Below, piece after piece: positions 17,207-27,082 of a stretch of DNA of 31,935 nt. Below the pieces are notes generated by a model. The model saw only the letters and a list, made by a program, of their open reading frames with translations. It did no database searches and was not told where the DNA came from. The stretch comes from Nitrososphaerota archaeon (lineage in GTDB: Archaea > Thermoproteota > Nitrososphaeria > PSMU01). A program made the translations under genes and the position numbers. How positions within the stretch are numbered: position 1 is the stretch's first letter; each line of letters starts with the position of its first letter. The DNA lies in contig PSMU01000006.1 of NCBI GenBank assembly GCA_040290255.1, positions 27,699 through 59,633 on the forward strand, written 5' to 3'.

Positions 17207-18373
17207 TTACCTCGCCTTGACCACGTAGCCGGCGACGGCCTTGTCGCCTATGATGGTGATGAGGTACTGTTGCCCCGGCACCACGCTGAGCCCCCTAATG
17301 TCGCAGACCAGGCGGTACTGGTGCTCGCCCACCTTCTCCAGCCTGCAGCCCTGGATGCCGAAGCCCAGCAGGATGGCGCCGCTGTAGCTGAAGGTGGCCG
17401 TGCCATGAGCTGGCAGCGCGTAGCCTCCCTCCAGCAGCTGTCGGAGCTCCTTCATACCTCCGGGCACCTGAAGGCACCTCTCGAGCCTCTGGAAGCCGAT
17501 GGGGGGACAGCTGAACTGAATGGGCGTGAGCGTGCCGTTCTCCTGTATTATGAAGACCTCGGAGCCGAAGAAGGAGGGCAGGGGCCTGGCGGGGGGCGAA
17601 GGCACGAAGGGCGAGATGATGAGCAGCTTCAGCAGCACCGTCTCGTTGCTGTCGCTCTTCACGGTCACGCTCAGGGAGTCGTTGCTCAGGCTGGCCGAGG
17701 TGATCCCTATCCTGCTGGTGTACTGCTGCCTGAGCCTGCTCCACCAGGCCTTTCCCCTGAGGTCGAGCATGAAGCCGGGCTTCAGCATCTCCCTGCTCAC
17801 CTCGCCGTCGGGCACCGTGAAGGCCTTGGCGGCCGGCCTGAGCACGAAGATGGGCGCATCGCTGGTGCCCATGTTGAGCACGGCCGGCTGAAGGTCCAGC
17901 ACGATGGCCTTGGCCTGGCCCACGGCGACCTCCACGCCGCCTATGATGGGCACCGTGAGCTTGCCGCTGGGCACGAAGCAGGTGTAGTTCTTGCCGTTAT
18001 AGGTGACGAGGGCCGAGGAGATGTTGAAGAGCAGCGCGTTGAACTTGCCCGTGAGGTTGAGCGAGGCTACCGTGGTGGTGACGTTGACGAGCTTCATGAG
18101 GTCCAGCGTGCCTCTCGCATTTACTTCTATCCAGCCGCTCTGGTTCCCCGCCTGAGCTAGGTGTACGGCCATTGAGCTATAGTTGATGTAGATGGCCGTG
18201 ACGCCCTCGGGCACCTGGGGCGGGTCCGTGACCAAGATCGCCAGCGTTCCGCTTGGCGCGCCCGTAACGCCCCCTGGCCCCGGCGGAGCGCCCTGCTGCA
18301 GCGAAAGGTAGGCATAGCTGGCCGCGCCGGCGATGATGGCTAGGGCGATGGCCGCGATGGCGGTCCTCTGCAT
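17207..18373 (-). CDS. DUF4382-like secreted/membrane-anchored protein
   Basis: N-terminal hydrophobic helix, GTLAILVTDPP, LDLMKL, VPSGKL, IVLDL motifs. Confidence 0.82.
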   Translation of the reverse strand: MQRTAIAAIALAIIAGAASYAYLSLQQGAPPGPGGVTGAPSGTLAILVTDPPQVPEGVTAIYINYSSMAVHLAQAGNQSGWIEVNARGTLDLMKLVNVTTTVASLNLTGKFNALLFNISSALVTYNGKNYTCFVPSGKLTVPIIGGVEVAVGQAKAIVLDLQPAVLNMGTSDAPIFVLRPAAKAFTVPDGEVSREMLKPGFMLDLRGKAWWSRLRQQYTSRIGITSASLSNDSLSVTVKSDSNETVLLKLLIISPFVPSPPARPLPSFFGSEVFIIQENGTLTPIQFSCPPIGFQRLERCLQVPGGMKELRQLLEGGYALPAHGTATFSYSGAILLGFGIQGCRLEKVGEHQYRLVCDIRGLSVVPGQQYLITIIGDKAVAGYVVKAR

Positions 18374-18614
18374 GGTGCGCCCCCCTGGCGGGCCCCTTTG
18401 TTAAGGGCCGGCCTTGGCATGGGTTCCAAAACGTTCCGGAACGCCAGAAACGGCGGAACCTGCGCCCCTGCCCGGCCGATATGAACCGCACGCTGCGAAG
18501 CCCTTCGGCGCTATCCTACTCATGGCCTGGGCATAGGGCGCCACGGGCAAGGGCCCTAAGATGCCTCTTCCGCTTCAGGGGCTGAGGTTCAGAGCGGCAT
18601 ATGCTGGACCGAAG

Positions 18615-20123
18615 CTAGCCCTGCCCAAGGGCCACGTAGAGCATGATGAGCAGCTCGGCCAGCGAGGCCAAGCCCAGGTAAAGCGCGGGCCTCAAAAGGT
18701 CGCCCATGAGCGCGGCGCCCGCCAAGTATAGGGCCAGCGGGAGGGAGGTCAGCAGCAGCGTGACCAGCGCATAGACGGTCTGGTTGAGCAGGCCCAGGCG
18801 GCCCAGGCGCAGGCTCCTCAGGGTAGAGCGGAAGTGGGCCGAGGTGTACAGCACGGCCGCGGCCACGGCCATGGAAAGAAGCGCCAGCGGCACCAGCTCC
18901 TGCCAGCTTCCCCCCAGCACGTAGCGCAGGCCCAGCATCCCAGCGGCCGCCGCATAGAAGGAGAGCGTCACGAGCAGCTTGCTCTGCACGTTCGTGAGCC
19001 TCCCCAGGGGCAGCGTATCGAAGTAGGCCAGCGCCTTCAGCTCGGTCATGTAGAGCGCGTAGGCCAGAAAGGGGCTGAGCAAGACCAGGGGCCCTGCGTT
19101 GGCGCCGAAGTCTATGAGCCTGGGCTCGCCCCTGCTCCCCTCCGCCGGGCCGCCCCAGCGCACGAGCAGCCCTATGACGATGTAGATCACGGGCACGGTG
19201 ATGAAGCCAATCAGCCTGGGGGAGCGCAGCATCTGCCTGAAGTCGGCCAGGGCCAGGGCTATGACGGGGCGCCTGAGCTTCACCCTGAACCCGCTGCCCC
19301 CCCTGGGCGCCGGGATGGACGGCGAGAGCAGGGTCAGGGCGCCACGCCTGAGCGCCATGATGCCCGCCAGGGCCAGCGCCACCGAATATGCCCCGGCGAG
19401 CGCGGCGGCCAGGGGGTTGCCCTCGGCCACGCCCGCCAGGTTCAGCAGCGGCACGAAGGTCATGAGTGCGGAGCCCATGGGCAGCTCGACGCGCGGCGCG
19501 AGGGCAAAGAGGAGCATGAGCAGCACGAGGGGCAGAAGGCCCGCGACGCGCACGAGCTCCCTCAGGGCCCTGGAGCGGCCCAGCCTCCTATATGCGCTCA
19601 GGAGCCCATAGGAGGCCAGCGATGCCAGCGATGCGCCCACGGGCGCGGCCAAAATTCCCGCCGCGCCGAGCCAGGGGCCCAGCCACCAGGCGCCCACCGC
19701 CACGATGAGGCAGGTTGCCATGAGCGGCAGCTTCAGCGTGGAGAGCACCGCCCTGGCGATGAGCTCCCTCAGCTCCCTCTCCCGCAGGGGTAAGGAGAGC
19801 AGGAGCTCCCTCAGCTGCGGGCCCGCGGAGGCGCCATAGGAGAGCAGCTGAAGCGACGTGAAGAGGAGCATGAAGGCCCCTGCAAGGACGATCAGGGGAT
19901 AGAGGAGCGGGCTCGTGCTGGGCAAGAGGCCGCCCGTGCCCACCACCGTGAGCCAGGCAACCGAGAGGGCCACGGCCGCGATGTACTGCGACCTCTGGGC
20001 CGCGCGCACCGCCCTCCTCACGTCCTGGGGCGAGAGGCCCGTGAGCCTGGTCGCCACGTAGCCCTGGTAGAGCAGCTCCTTGACCAAGGAGCGCACCAGC
20101 CTCCTGCCCGCCTCCTCCATCAA
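18615..20123 (-). CDS. ABC-2-type exporter permease (putative)
   Basis: 502 aa, about 12 TM, LLSLPL and FDTLPL repeats, ADFRQMLRSP; downstream of an ABC ATPase. Confidence 0.85.
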   Translation of the reverse strand: MMEEAGRRLVRSLVKELLYQGYVATRLTGLSPQDVRRAVRAAQRSQYIAAVALSVAWLTVVGTGGLLPSTSPLLYPLIVLAGAFMLLFTSLQLLSYGASAGPQLRELLLSLPLRERELRELIARAVLSTLKLPLMATCLIVAVGAWWLGPWLGAAGILAAPVGASLASLASYGLLSAYRRLGRSRALRELVRVAGLLPLVLLMLLFALAPRVELPMGSALMTFVPLLNLAGVAEGNPLAAALAGAYSVALALAGIMALRRGALTLLSPSIPAPRGGSGFRVKLRRPVIALALADFRQMLRSPRLIGFITVPVIYIVIGLLVRWGGPAEGSRGEPRLIDFGANAGPLVLLSPFLAYALYMTELKALAYFDTLPLGRLTNVQSKLLVTLSFYAAAAGMLGLRYVLGGSWQELVPLALLSMAVAAAVLYTSAHFRSTLRSLRLGRLGLLNQTVYALVTLLLTSLPLALYLAGAALMGDLLRPALYLGLASLAELLIMLYVALGQG

Positions 20124-20147
20124 GGGCCTTCCCCCGGCCAGGCCCCG

Positions 20148-20912
20148 CTACTCCAGGCCCTTCAGCACCTCCTTTATCTCCTCCTCCATGTGCGTGGCCC
20201 TAAGGAAGACCTCCTCCAGCGTGGAGCCATGTATCATCCGCTTCAGCCCCTCCACGCTGCCTTCGGCCACTTCGCTGCCCTGGTTCAGGATACAGACGCG
20301 GTCGCAGATCCTTTCGGCCACCTCCATTATGTGGGTGGAGAAGAGCACGGCGCCCCCTGCCTCCTTGTGCTTAGCTATCAGGTCCTTGAAGATCTTCACG
20401 GACCTGACATCAAGACCGTTGAAGGGCTCGTCCAGGAGCAGGATGGGCGGCTCATGCATGAGGGCCGCGATCACGGCGCACTTCTGCCTGTTGCCGAGCG
20501 AGAGAGCCCCTATGGGCGTGTCGAGGTGCTCCTCGAAGGCGAAGGCCCTGATGAGCGACCTGAGCCTGGTCGTATCCCTCAGCCTCCTTATGGAAGCGAG
20601 CAGCTCGAAGAACTCGTTGGGCGTAAGGGAGTCGAAGAGCGCGGGGCTCTCGGGCACGAGGCCTATCTGCTGCTTCGCCCAAATCGGATCCTTCTTCGCA
20701 TCCCTGCCCAGGATGCGGATGGTGCCCTCGCCCTCGACCAGGCCCACGAGCGCCTTTATCGTGGAGGTCTTGCCCGCGCCGTTGGGCCCCAGGAGGCCGT
20801 ACACGGTGCCCCTCCGCACGGTAAAGGAGAGGCCGTTCACGGCCACCTTATCCCCATACCTCACCACCAGGCCCACCACGGAGATGGCCTCCGCATTCCC
20901 TGCCTCGCTCAA
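20148..20912 (-). CDS. ABC transporter ATP-binding protein
   Basis: GPNGAGKT, LSLGNRQK, LLLDEP, STH motifs. Confidence 0.95.
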   Translation of the reverse strand: MSEAGNAEAISVVGLVVRYGDKVAVNGLSFTVRRGTVYGLLGPNGAGKTSTIKALVGLVEGEGTIRILGRDAKKDPIWAKQQIGLVPESPALFDSLTPNEFFELLASIRRLRDTTRLRSLIRAFAFEEHLDTPIGALSLGNRQKCAVIAALMHEPPILLLDEPFNGLDVRSVKIFKDLIAKHKEAGGAVLFSTHIMEVAERICDRVCILNQGSEVAEGSVEGLKRMIHGSTLEEVFLRATHMEEEIKEVLKGLE

Positions 20913-21030
20913 TCTCCTGCTCGCGCCCGCGGAGGTAATAGCGATAATAAGCCTTTGCGCTCGCCGCGCGAAGGGCGGCGCCCCTGTTATGGCTCGTATG
21001 ATTACGCCAAAGCGGGGCCTGGGAATGTCG

Positions 21031-22194
21031 CTAGGGGCCCTTGTCCCGTGCCGCCAGGACGGCAGCCACGACGCCCCTCATCCTCTCCTTGAACCTCTGC
21101 TCCGAGAACTCCTGCGCCCTCACGATTGCCCTTCTCGACATTTCAGTGAGGTCCGAAGCGATGAGCGCCCGTATCGTATCGGCCGCCTCATGGATGGTAT
21201 CATAGCCGAAGCCGTACTCGCCATCCTTCACGATATCCGTCCAGGGGCCGCCGCTCCTGTGGACCACGGGCACACAGCCGCTAGCCATACCCTCCACCAC
21301 CGATATCCCGAAGTGCTCCCCCACCATGGTATGGAGTAATATGCGTGCCTTGGCATAAAGCTCCCTTAGCTCAGTGAAGGAGATATCGGGCCTAACCTCC
21401 ACGTTTCGCACACCAAGCCTATCGCAGAGGTGCCCAAGGCGAGCGATGAGCGCCGCCGAGCCCTTCTGGGTGGCTCCGGCAATCACAAAGTGGGCCTCCG
21501 GCACCCTCCTGGCTATGTGAGGGATGAGGTGCAGCCCCTTCTCGGGAGTGAGCCTGGAGACGGTCAGCACCAGGTCCTCCTTCCGCCTCGCCGAGAACAC
21601 AAAGGATTCCACATCGACGGGTGGGTAGACGACCACCGCCCGCTTTCTCAACCACCTCCAGATCGCCTCCCTGCTATAGCTGCTGTTGGTGAGCAGCAGC
21701 CCGCCCTTGAAGATAAGCCGGGAGCCCCCTTGAAGGAGCCCATAAGGCGTATAGTAGAGCCTCCAGAACAGGTTCCGCTGGTATTTGAAGAAGGTTTCTG
21801 GGCTCTCCACCATTAAGGCCGGTAGAGGGTAATGCACGTAGGTTATGTCCGCCGGTGCTGGGATTACGTCCCCATGTGTATTTATGATGAGGTCGACTTC
21901 GCCGCGCAGCCGAAGGGCTATCAGCCCTGTCATGAGCCGGGCGTATATGCCAAAGGCCCCAAGCCTGAACGGCAGCAGCGCCAGCTCCCCGTCTACCATG
22001 ACTTTCCGCCCAAAGTGCCTCTCCACTCTCTGCCAATCGGTCTTATCGGCTGTTCCCAGAACTACCTCGTGGCCTGCCTCCTCCAAGCATTCGATGGTGT
22101 TCAAGCAGACCCTCTCTTCTCCTCCCGTGGAGTTCAGAGTGTTATGTAAGACCAAGATCTGCGCCATTCCCCTACCGCCACCTGTAGCGGCCAT
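21031..22194 (-). CDS. GT4 glycosyltransferase (ALG11-like)
   Basis: GGEERV, YVHYP, TNSSYS, VVYPPVD, SRLTPEKG, EHFGISVVEGMASG. Confidence 0.93.
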   Translation of the reverse strand: MAATGGGRGMAQILVLHNTLNSTGGEERVCLNTIECLEEAGHEVVLGTADKTDWQRVERHFGRKVMVDGELALLPFRLGAFGIYARLMTGLIALRLRGEVDLIINTHGDVIPAPADITYVHYPLPALMVESPETFFKYQRNLFWRLYYTPYGLLQGGSRLIFKGGLLLTNSSYSREAIWRWLRKRAVVVYPPVDVESFVFSARRKEDLVLTVSRLTPEKGLHLIPHIARRVPEAHFVIAGATQKGSAALIARLGHLCDRLGVRNVEVRPDISFTELRELYAKARILLHTMVGEHFGISVVEGMASGCVPVVHRSGGPWTDIVKDGEYGFGYDTIHEAADTIRALIASDLTEMSRRAIVRAQEFSEQRFKERMRGVVAAVLAARDKGP

Positions 22195-22464
22195 TATTAG
22201 AACTTGGATAAAATTTGACCAAGATAGCCTTAAGGCGACAAGCCAGCAGGCCGCATACGCGCCTTTGAACGCCTAGCACCGAGGTTTGGACCCCTTGCCC
22301 TATGCTCGTTAGAGCCATCCCTGCTTCTGTTCAAGTTGACCGTAACCTAGGAATTCACAACGTATACGAATTTATTCCAAATCAAAGCCCTTCTCGTTAG
22401 GTTAGCCTGAAAGGTCATAGAATGTCATGTCAGAAAGTGCGCCATCCAGGAGGCTTGAGGAACC

Positions 22465-22863
22465 TCAGGTCTGCCACCGAAGTGGGACGTCCGGGCATAA
22501 GGCGTGGCTCTCCTTTAGGAGCGCGCGAATGGGGTGCAGTTCTCTTCTCAGGGGGTCCAGCACAAGCCCGAAGATTCCCAGCGTTACAGTACCGAGGATG
22601 TTCTCATCCTCCCCCTCGCCCAGGAGCACGGGGGTGTGGTACTCGCCATACCCCGGGAGCTCGAGCACGGCCTCCGATAGGGCTCGGGTTATCGTCGTCC
22701 CGTCGGCCAGCATCAGCTCCACCTGGCGCTTTGGTGCTAGGCCCAGCTTCTACCAAATGTTGCGCCGCAGGACCGTGCATGTTGCACCCGAATCCACGTG
22801 CGGGTTTACCCTCTCCTTTCTGCCTCCGGCCCTGACCGCCGCCTCCACGTAGAGTAGGCCCAT
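22465..22863 (-). pseudogene. Clan AA (retropepsin-like) aspartic protease with in-frame TAG
   Basis: MGLLYVEA...VDSGATCTVL...IW*KLGL...LADG...ILGTVTL..FGLVLDP; TAG at 22750-22752. Confidence 0.85.
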
Positions 22864-23026
22864 CGCGAGTTGTATTGGCGCCCAGGGTTAAATGCTTCAG
22901 CCCCGGCTTTCACGGCTAGGGGCTTGGCAGCCGGCGTGAGGTGTAGGTTGGTTCCCATCTGCCCTCTTACCTGGCCTGACATTAACAAAGAGTTAAGCTT
23001 AACAAGGCTTTCGGCTATCGGCAGCT

Positions 23027-23770
23027 GTGTGGCCTCCGAGGTGGTTGGGGGAGTGCTACTCGAGGCTTTACATTAAGTATGGAGGGGAGCCGTTCACCTT
23101 CGCCGAGGCGATGGGCCATCTTTCTTGGGACAGGAATAGGCTTTCCGTGGCCTTCAGCAAGCTTCACTCCCTGAGGCTTCTATTGCTCTTTCACCGCGGC
23201 AGGCCCAGGCTCTATAGGCTCCTCAGCCCTGAGAATGTGCTCCTCCTGGCTTCGGGCACGGCCAGGAACTTTGATAGGATCCCTCAGGAGAGGTATCTTG
23301 AGCTGGTGCTTGGGACCCTCAGAAGGGCCCTGCGGATGCTGGACCTGGAGTCCTTCGCGGTATATGGCTCCGTGGCCCGGGGCACGGCCACCGGGAACAG
23401 CGACGTGGACATCCTCCTGATCTCCGACTCCTTCACCGGCAGCCTGGCCTCGAGGATGGACCTGATGTGCAAGCTCGAGGAGGAGGTAAAGGATGAGCTT
23501 AGATGGCTCAGGAAGCGCGGGATCTACACGGGGCTGAGCTTCTATCCCCTCAGGAAAGGCGAGGCGGAGAGGCTCCCGCTTCTGCTGCTGGACATGACCG
23601 ACGAGGCGGTGATCATGTACGATAGGAAGGGGTTCCTGGAAGGCCTGCTGGCCAACTTAAGGGCCAGGCTTACGGTGGAGGGCGCCAGGAGGGTGTTCGT
23701 CAAGGGAGGATATTGGTATTGGGATTTGAGGGCGAGCCCTACGTTCGCGGGGAGGGTTGGCGCTGCTTAG
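23027..23770 (+). CDS. MNT with N-terminal wHTH-like domain
   Basis: VYGSVARGTATGNSDVDILL (GSX10DXD); N-terminal PFTFAEAM...RLYRLL; C-terminal GARRV..GGYWYWDL. Confidence 0.9.
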   Translation: MWPPRWLGECYSRLYIKYGGEPFTFAEAMGHLSWDRNRLSVAFSKLHSLRLLLLFHRGRPRLYRLLSPENVLLLASGTARNFDRIPQERYLELVLGTLRRALRMLDLESFAVYGSVARGTATGNSDVDILLISDSFTGSLASRMDLMCKLEEEVKDELRWLRKRGIYTGLSFYPLRKGEAERLPLLLLDMTDEAVIMYDRKGFLEGLLANLRARLTVEGARRVFVKGGYWYWDLRASPTFAGRVGAA

Positions 23771-24194
23771 GATAGCCAGCTCGTACCTGCGCCAAGCCCG
23801 GGCAAGGCTGGAGGATGCAAGGGATGCGTTGGCGGAAGAAAACTATCCCTATGCCGTGAGGTTAAGCCAGGAATGCGTGGAGCTCTCCCTCAAGGCGGTC
23901 CTGAAGGCGGTCGGAATCGAGTATCCTAAGGTGCACGATGTTTCAGACCTGCTCCTCGAGGTGAGGGATAGGTTTCCGGGGTGGTTCAGGGGCGAGCTGG
24001 AGTACCTATGCGAATCCTCCAGGGTGCTGGTGAAGAAGAGGGAAATAAGCCTCTATGGGGGAGAGGAAGCGCTCCTGTCCCCCGAGCAGGTGATCAATAG
24101 GGCGGATGCAGAGGACGCCCTCGCGCGAGCGGAGCGCACATATAGCTCGTGCAAAGGGGTCATCGACGAGCTGAGGGCCGGCCAAGGGATGTGA
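23757..24194 (+). CDS. HEPN domain protein
   Basis: SQECVELSLKAVLKAVGIEYPKVHDV, KREISLYG; overlaps the MNT stop. Confidence 0.92.
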   Translation: MALLRIASSYLRQARARLEDARDALAEENYPYAVRLSQECVELSLKAVLKAVGIEYPKVHDVSDLLLEVRDRFPGWFRGELEYLCESSRVLVKKREISLYGGEEALLSPEQVINRADAEDALARAERTYSSCKGVIDELRAGQGM

Positions 24195-24281
24195 CCCAGC
24201 CCTTGCCGCGTTTCACCTTAGCCTCCAAATGATCGCCTGAGAGGATGCAGTTCTGTACAGTTCTATGCACTTGGGGCCTAG

Positions 24282-25634
24282 ATGCGGCGCTGTGACGAGT
24301 GCATGGAAAAGTACAAGACCCTGCTCGGGCCAGGAGGGGCGTTGAGGCCCATAACGCTCCCGCCCGATTCCCTGCCCAAGTTCTGGTACAACCCTCTGCC
24401 GGACCTGCCGGAACCCTTGCCAAGGCCGATGGACCCCCCGGAGGGGCCTTCGCGCCAGGAGGCGCTGCGCAGGATCCTGATAGGCGAGTGCCTTAAGCAG
24501 GACCTTTCGGAGGAGCGGTGGATACCCATCCCGGAGGGAATCCGGGAGCTGTACATCCATGCCGGCAGGCCGAGGCCCCTGTACAGGGCCGAGAGGCTCG
24601 AGAGGTGCCTCGGGCTCGAATATGTGAAGATCTACTATAAGAGGGAGGACCTGAGCCCCACCGGCTCCCACAAGGTCAATACCGCGCTGGCCCAGGCTTA
24701 TTATGCCTCAAAGCAGGGCTGCCAGGGCCTGGTCACCGAAACGGGGGCTGGGCAGTGGGGCACGGCCCTGGCCTATGCCTGCGCCCTGCTGGGCTTAGAT
24801 TGCGTGATCTTCTGGGTCCGCAACGTCTACCGGTGGAAGAGGGAGAGGCGCTGGCTGATGAAGCTCTATGGGGCAAAGGTGCACCCCTCGCCCAGCAGGC
24901 TCACGAGGGTGGGCCAAGAGCAGCTGCGCAGGGACCCCTCCTCGCCGGGCTCCCTCGCCATGGCCGTCTCCGAGGGGCTGGAATATGCGGACGAGCACGA
25001 GGGATATGCCTATGCGCTGGGCTCCGTGCTGAACCATGTTCTAATACATCAGACCATCATAGGGCTGGAGGCCAGGGAGCAGCTTCGGTCCCTGGGCGAG
25101 AAGCCCGACCTGGTGGTGGCCTGCCTGGGAGGGGGCTCCAACTTTGGCGGGATATGCCTGCCGTTCATCCGAGATGTGCTCAGGGGGGAGTATGAGTGTG
25201 AATTCCTGGCCGCCCAGTCCGAGGCCGCCCCTAACCTGATCAAGGGCACATACAGGTACGATTTTGCCGATGCCGCGGGCTACACGCCCCTGCTCAAGAT
25301 GTACACGCTGGGCCATGATGCGCGGCTGAAGCCCATATGGTCGGATGGGATTCGCTACCATGCCGCGGCGCCCATCATAAGCCTGCTGAGGCATAGGGGC
25401 CTCATCGACGCGGTGGCGTATCCGGCCGATGAGCGGGCGGTGTTCGAGGCGGCCAGGCTCTTCCTCAGGACCGAGGGCTGGCTGGTCGCGGGCGAATCCG
25501 CGCATGCGCTGAGGGCGGCCATCGACAGGGCGCTGGAGTTTGAAAGGAGAAGGCAAAGGAAGGTCCTTTTGGTCAACATCAGCGGGCACGGGTTCCTCGA
25601 CCTAAGGGCCTACCAGAAGGCGCTCTTAGCGTAG
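24282..25634 (+). CDS. trpB2: TrpB2 (stand-alone tryptophan synthase beta-like PLP enzyme)
   Basis: GRPRPLYRA, PTGSHKVNTA (PLP Lys), TETGAGQWG, LGSVLNHV, CLGGGSNF, SGHGFLDL; start may be ATG 24303. Confidence 0.94.
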   Translation: MRRCDECMEKYKTLLGPGGALRPITLPPDSLPKFWYNPLPDLPEPLPRPMDPPEGPSRQEALRRILIGECLKQDLSEERWIPIPEGIRELYIHAGRPRPLYRAERLERCLGLEYVKIYYKREDLSPTGSHKVNTALAQAYYASKQGCQGLVTETGAGQWGTALAYACALLGLDCVIFWVRNVYRWKRERRWLMKLYGAKVHPSPSRLTRVGQEQLRRDPSSPGSLAMAVSEGLEYADEHEGYAYALGSVLNHVLIHQTIIGLEAREQLRSLGEKPDLVVACLGGGSNFGGICLPFIRDVLRGEYECEFLAAQSEAAPNLIKGTYRYDFADAAGYTPLLKMYTLGHDARLKPIWSDGIRYHAAAPIISLLRHRGLIDAVAYPADERAVFEAARLFLRTEGWLVAGESAHALRAAIDRALEFERRRQRKVLLVNISGHGFLDLRAYQKALLA

Positions 25635-26009
25635 CCCGGGGCCTGTAGGTATGTTCCCTATTAGCCTTTTATTGGGGCTCTCCTATACCTTCCGTCCCGC
25701 CTCCCGGGCTATCACCCCCCTCCCGGCACGATCACATCGCGCGTAACGACTAGGCCGTTTCCGATGCGCTCCAAGGGCCTATGGATATTTCGGATGCAAC
25801 GAGGCGGATCAGGCTCACCTGCTACGACCTATGGCCACGCACTCCACCCTACGCGATTCACGCATTCTATCATGGTAAACGCCGGGCTCTGAAGCCAAGA
25901 TATCGAGGTGGGGATCTAGGCTCGGTCAAAGGCGAGGGGCCTCCGCCGACCGATACATGTCAAGGTGAATGAAGCGGAACCGGGATCACCCCACTTAAGG
26001 GAGGGGCCT

Positions 26010-26441
26010 TCATGCGACGCTTTCAGGCGTAACCCTCCGCACAATGGAGACCTTATCGAAGTCGCGATCATAGCTTATTATCCTCTCTACTCCGTTCTCG
26101 CGCATAGCCTGGAGGGTTAGCGCATCGTCGAAATCCAGGCCGTGATCCCTCATGTGGCCCGCGGCCGCGATTCTGTCTAATAGCGAAGAGAAGTAGATGC
26201 TCAGGCCCTTGTAGCCCAGCAGACTTGAGAGGAAGGTCCTGATCTCATCCGCCCCTTTCCCGTAGTTCTCCATTACGATTACAATGGTATCCACCGCAAA
26301 GTCGACCATTAACCCCTTGAGCTTACCATCTCGGAACTTCCTCAGCGCCCTCTCGCAGACCTCGGCCTTCTGCTGGCCCAGTAGCACCTCTAGGAGGATG
26401 TTGGCATCTACCAGATATTCAGGCCCTTGGGTCCTTTGCAA
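26010..26441 (-). CDS. vapC: PIN-domain toxin (VapC-like)
   Basis: YLVDANILLE, LDFDDAL, IISYDRDFD acidic motifs. Confidence 0.92.
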   Translation of the reverse strand: MQRTQGPEYLVDANILLEVLLGQQKAEVCERALRKFRDGKLKGLMVDFAVDTIVIVMENYGKGADEIRTFLSSLLGYKGLSIYFSSLLDRIAAAGHMRDHGLDFDDALTLQAMRENGVERIISYDRDFDKVSIVRRVTPESVA

Positions 26442-26718
26442 GGGCTCTAGCCGCCCTCGCCCTTCTCGCTTCGTGCTGAAGTTCTACGCCATTCTTGTCG
26501 ACCCCGGCCAGCAGGCCCTTAATGGCCCCCACTGGGTCTTCGGGGACGCCCACTTCTTTGAGGAGGGCCTCGTGCCGCGCCATCCACCACAGGAAGGCCT
26601 CCTCGGCCGCCTTGCTGATGGAGCCCCTTCCGTAACCGTAAACCGTCATCGCCAGCCGTCTGAACTTCTGCTCAACGGCATCCCGAACATAGACCTTGAT
26701 TCCACCCACCGTGACCAC
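26419..26718 (-). CDS. Putative ribbon-helix-helix antitoxin
   Basis: IKVYVRDAVEQKFRRLAM...GSISKAAEEAF pattern; upstream of and overlapping the PIN gene; TATA-like TTTATAC on the minus strand near 26745-26751. Confidence 0.75.
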   Translation of the reverse strand: MVTVGGIKVYVRDAVEQKFRRLAMTVYGYGRGSISKAAEEAFLWWMARHEALLKEVGVPEDPVGAIKGLLAGVDKNGVELQHEARRARAARALAKDPRA

Positions 26719-27082
26719 CGGGTTTGAGGGATAAAGGAAGAAAGGTATAAATGCCTTTAGGTATTTTCTCCCTCAGCTCCGCGCTACATAAGAGTCGGGT
26801 CGAAGGAGCCTAAGGCGTAGTCAGGTTTCTCTTAGAGGGTCCTCCTCCGAGCCGGAGCCCTGGCCGAAGCAATGCGTCGTCCTTTCCCCACTAAGGCGCG
26901 GCGTTCGCCATCCACGGGCACGCAAAGCTGGAGACGGAAGTGGGACTGCGGTGAGGTCGCGCTCGGGCCCTTAAGGCACCCACGCGTCCTGCTTAATAAG
27001 GGCCAGGCCTCGAGGGAAATATTGCGGGTTTGCGGCTCGACGGGATCCAAAAACTGTCACGGCCCTGGGCCCCCTCATCTCG

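Noticed and set aside
22750-22752. In-frame TAG here and at 28744-28746 as possible amber read-through or pyrrolysine
   Set aside because: Many intact genes here terminate at TAG, the second case is also frameshifted, and in-frame TAA and TGA lesions occur too; ordinary nonsense mutation suffices.
25781-25972. 63-aa ORF between trpB2 and vapC
   Set aside because: No recognisable motif or host codon bias; probably eroded sequence.
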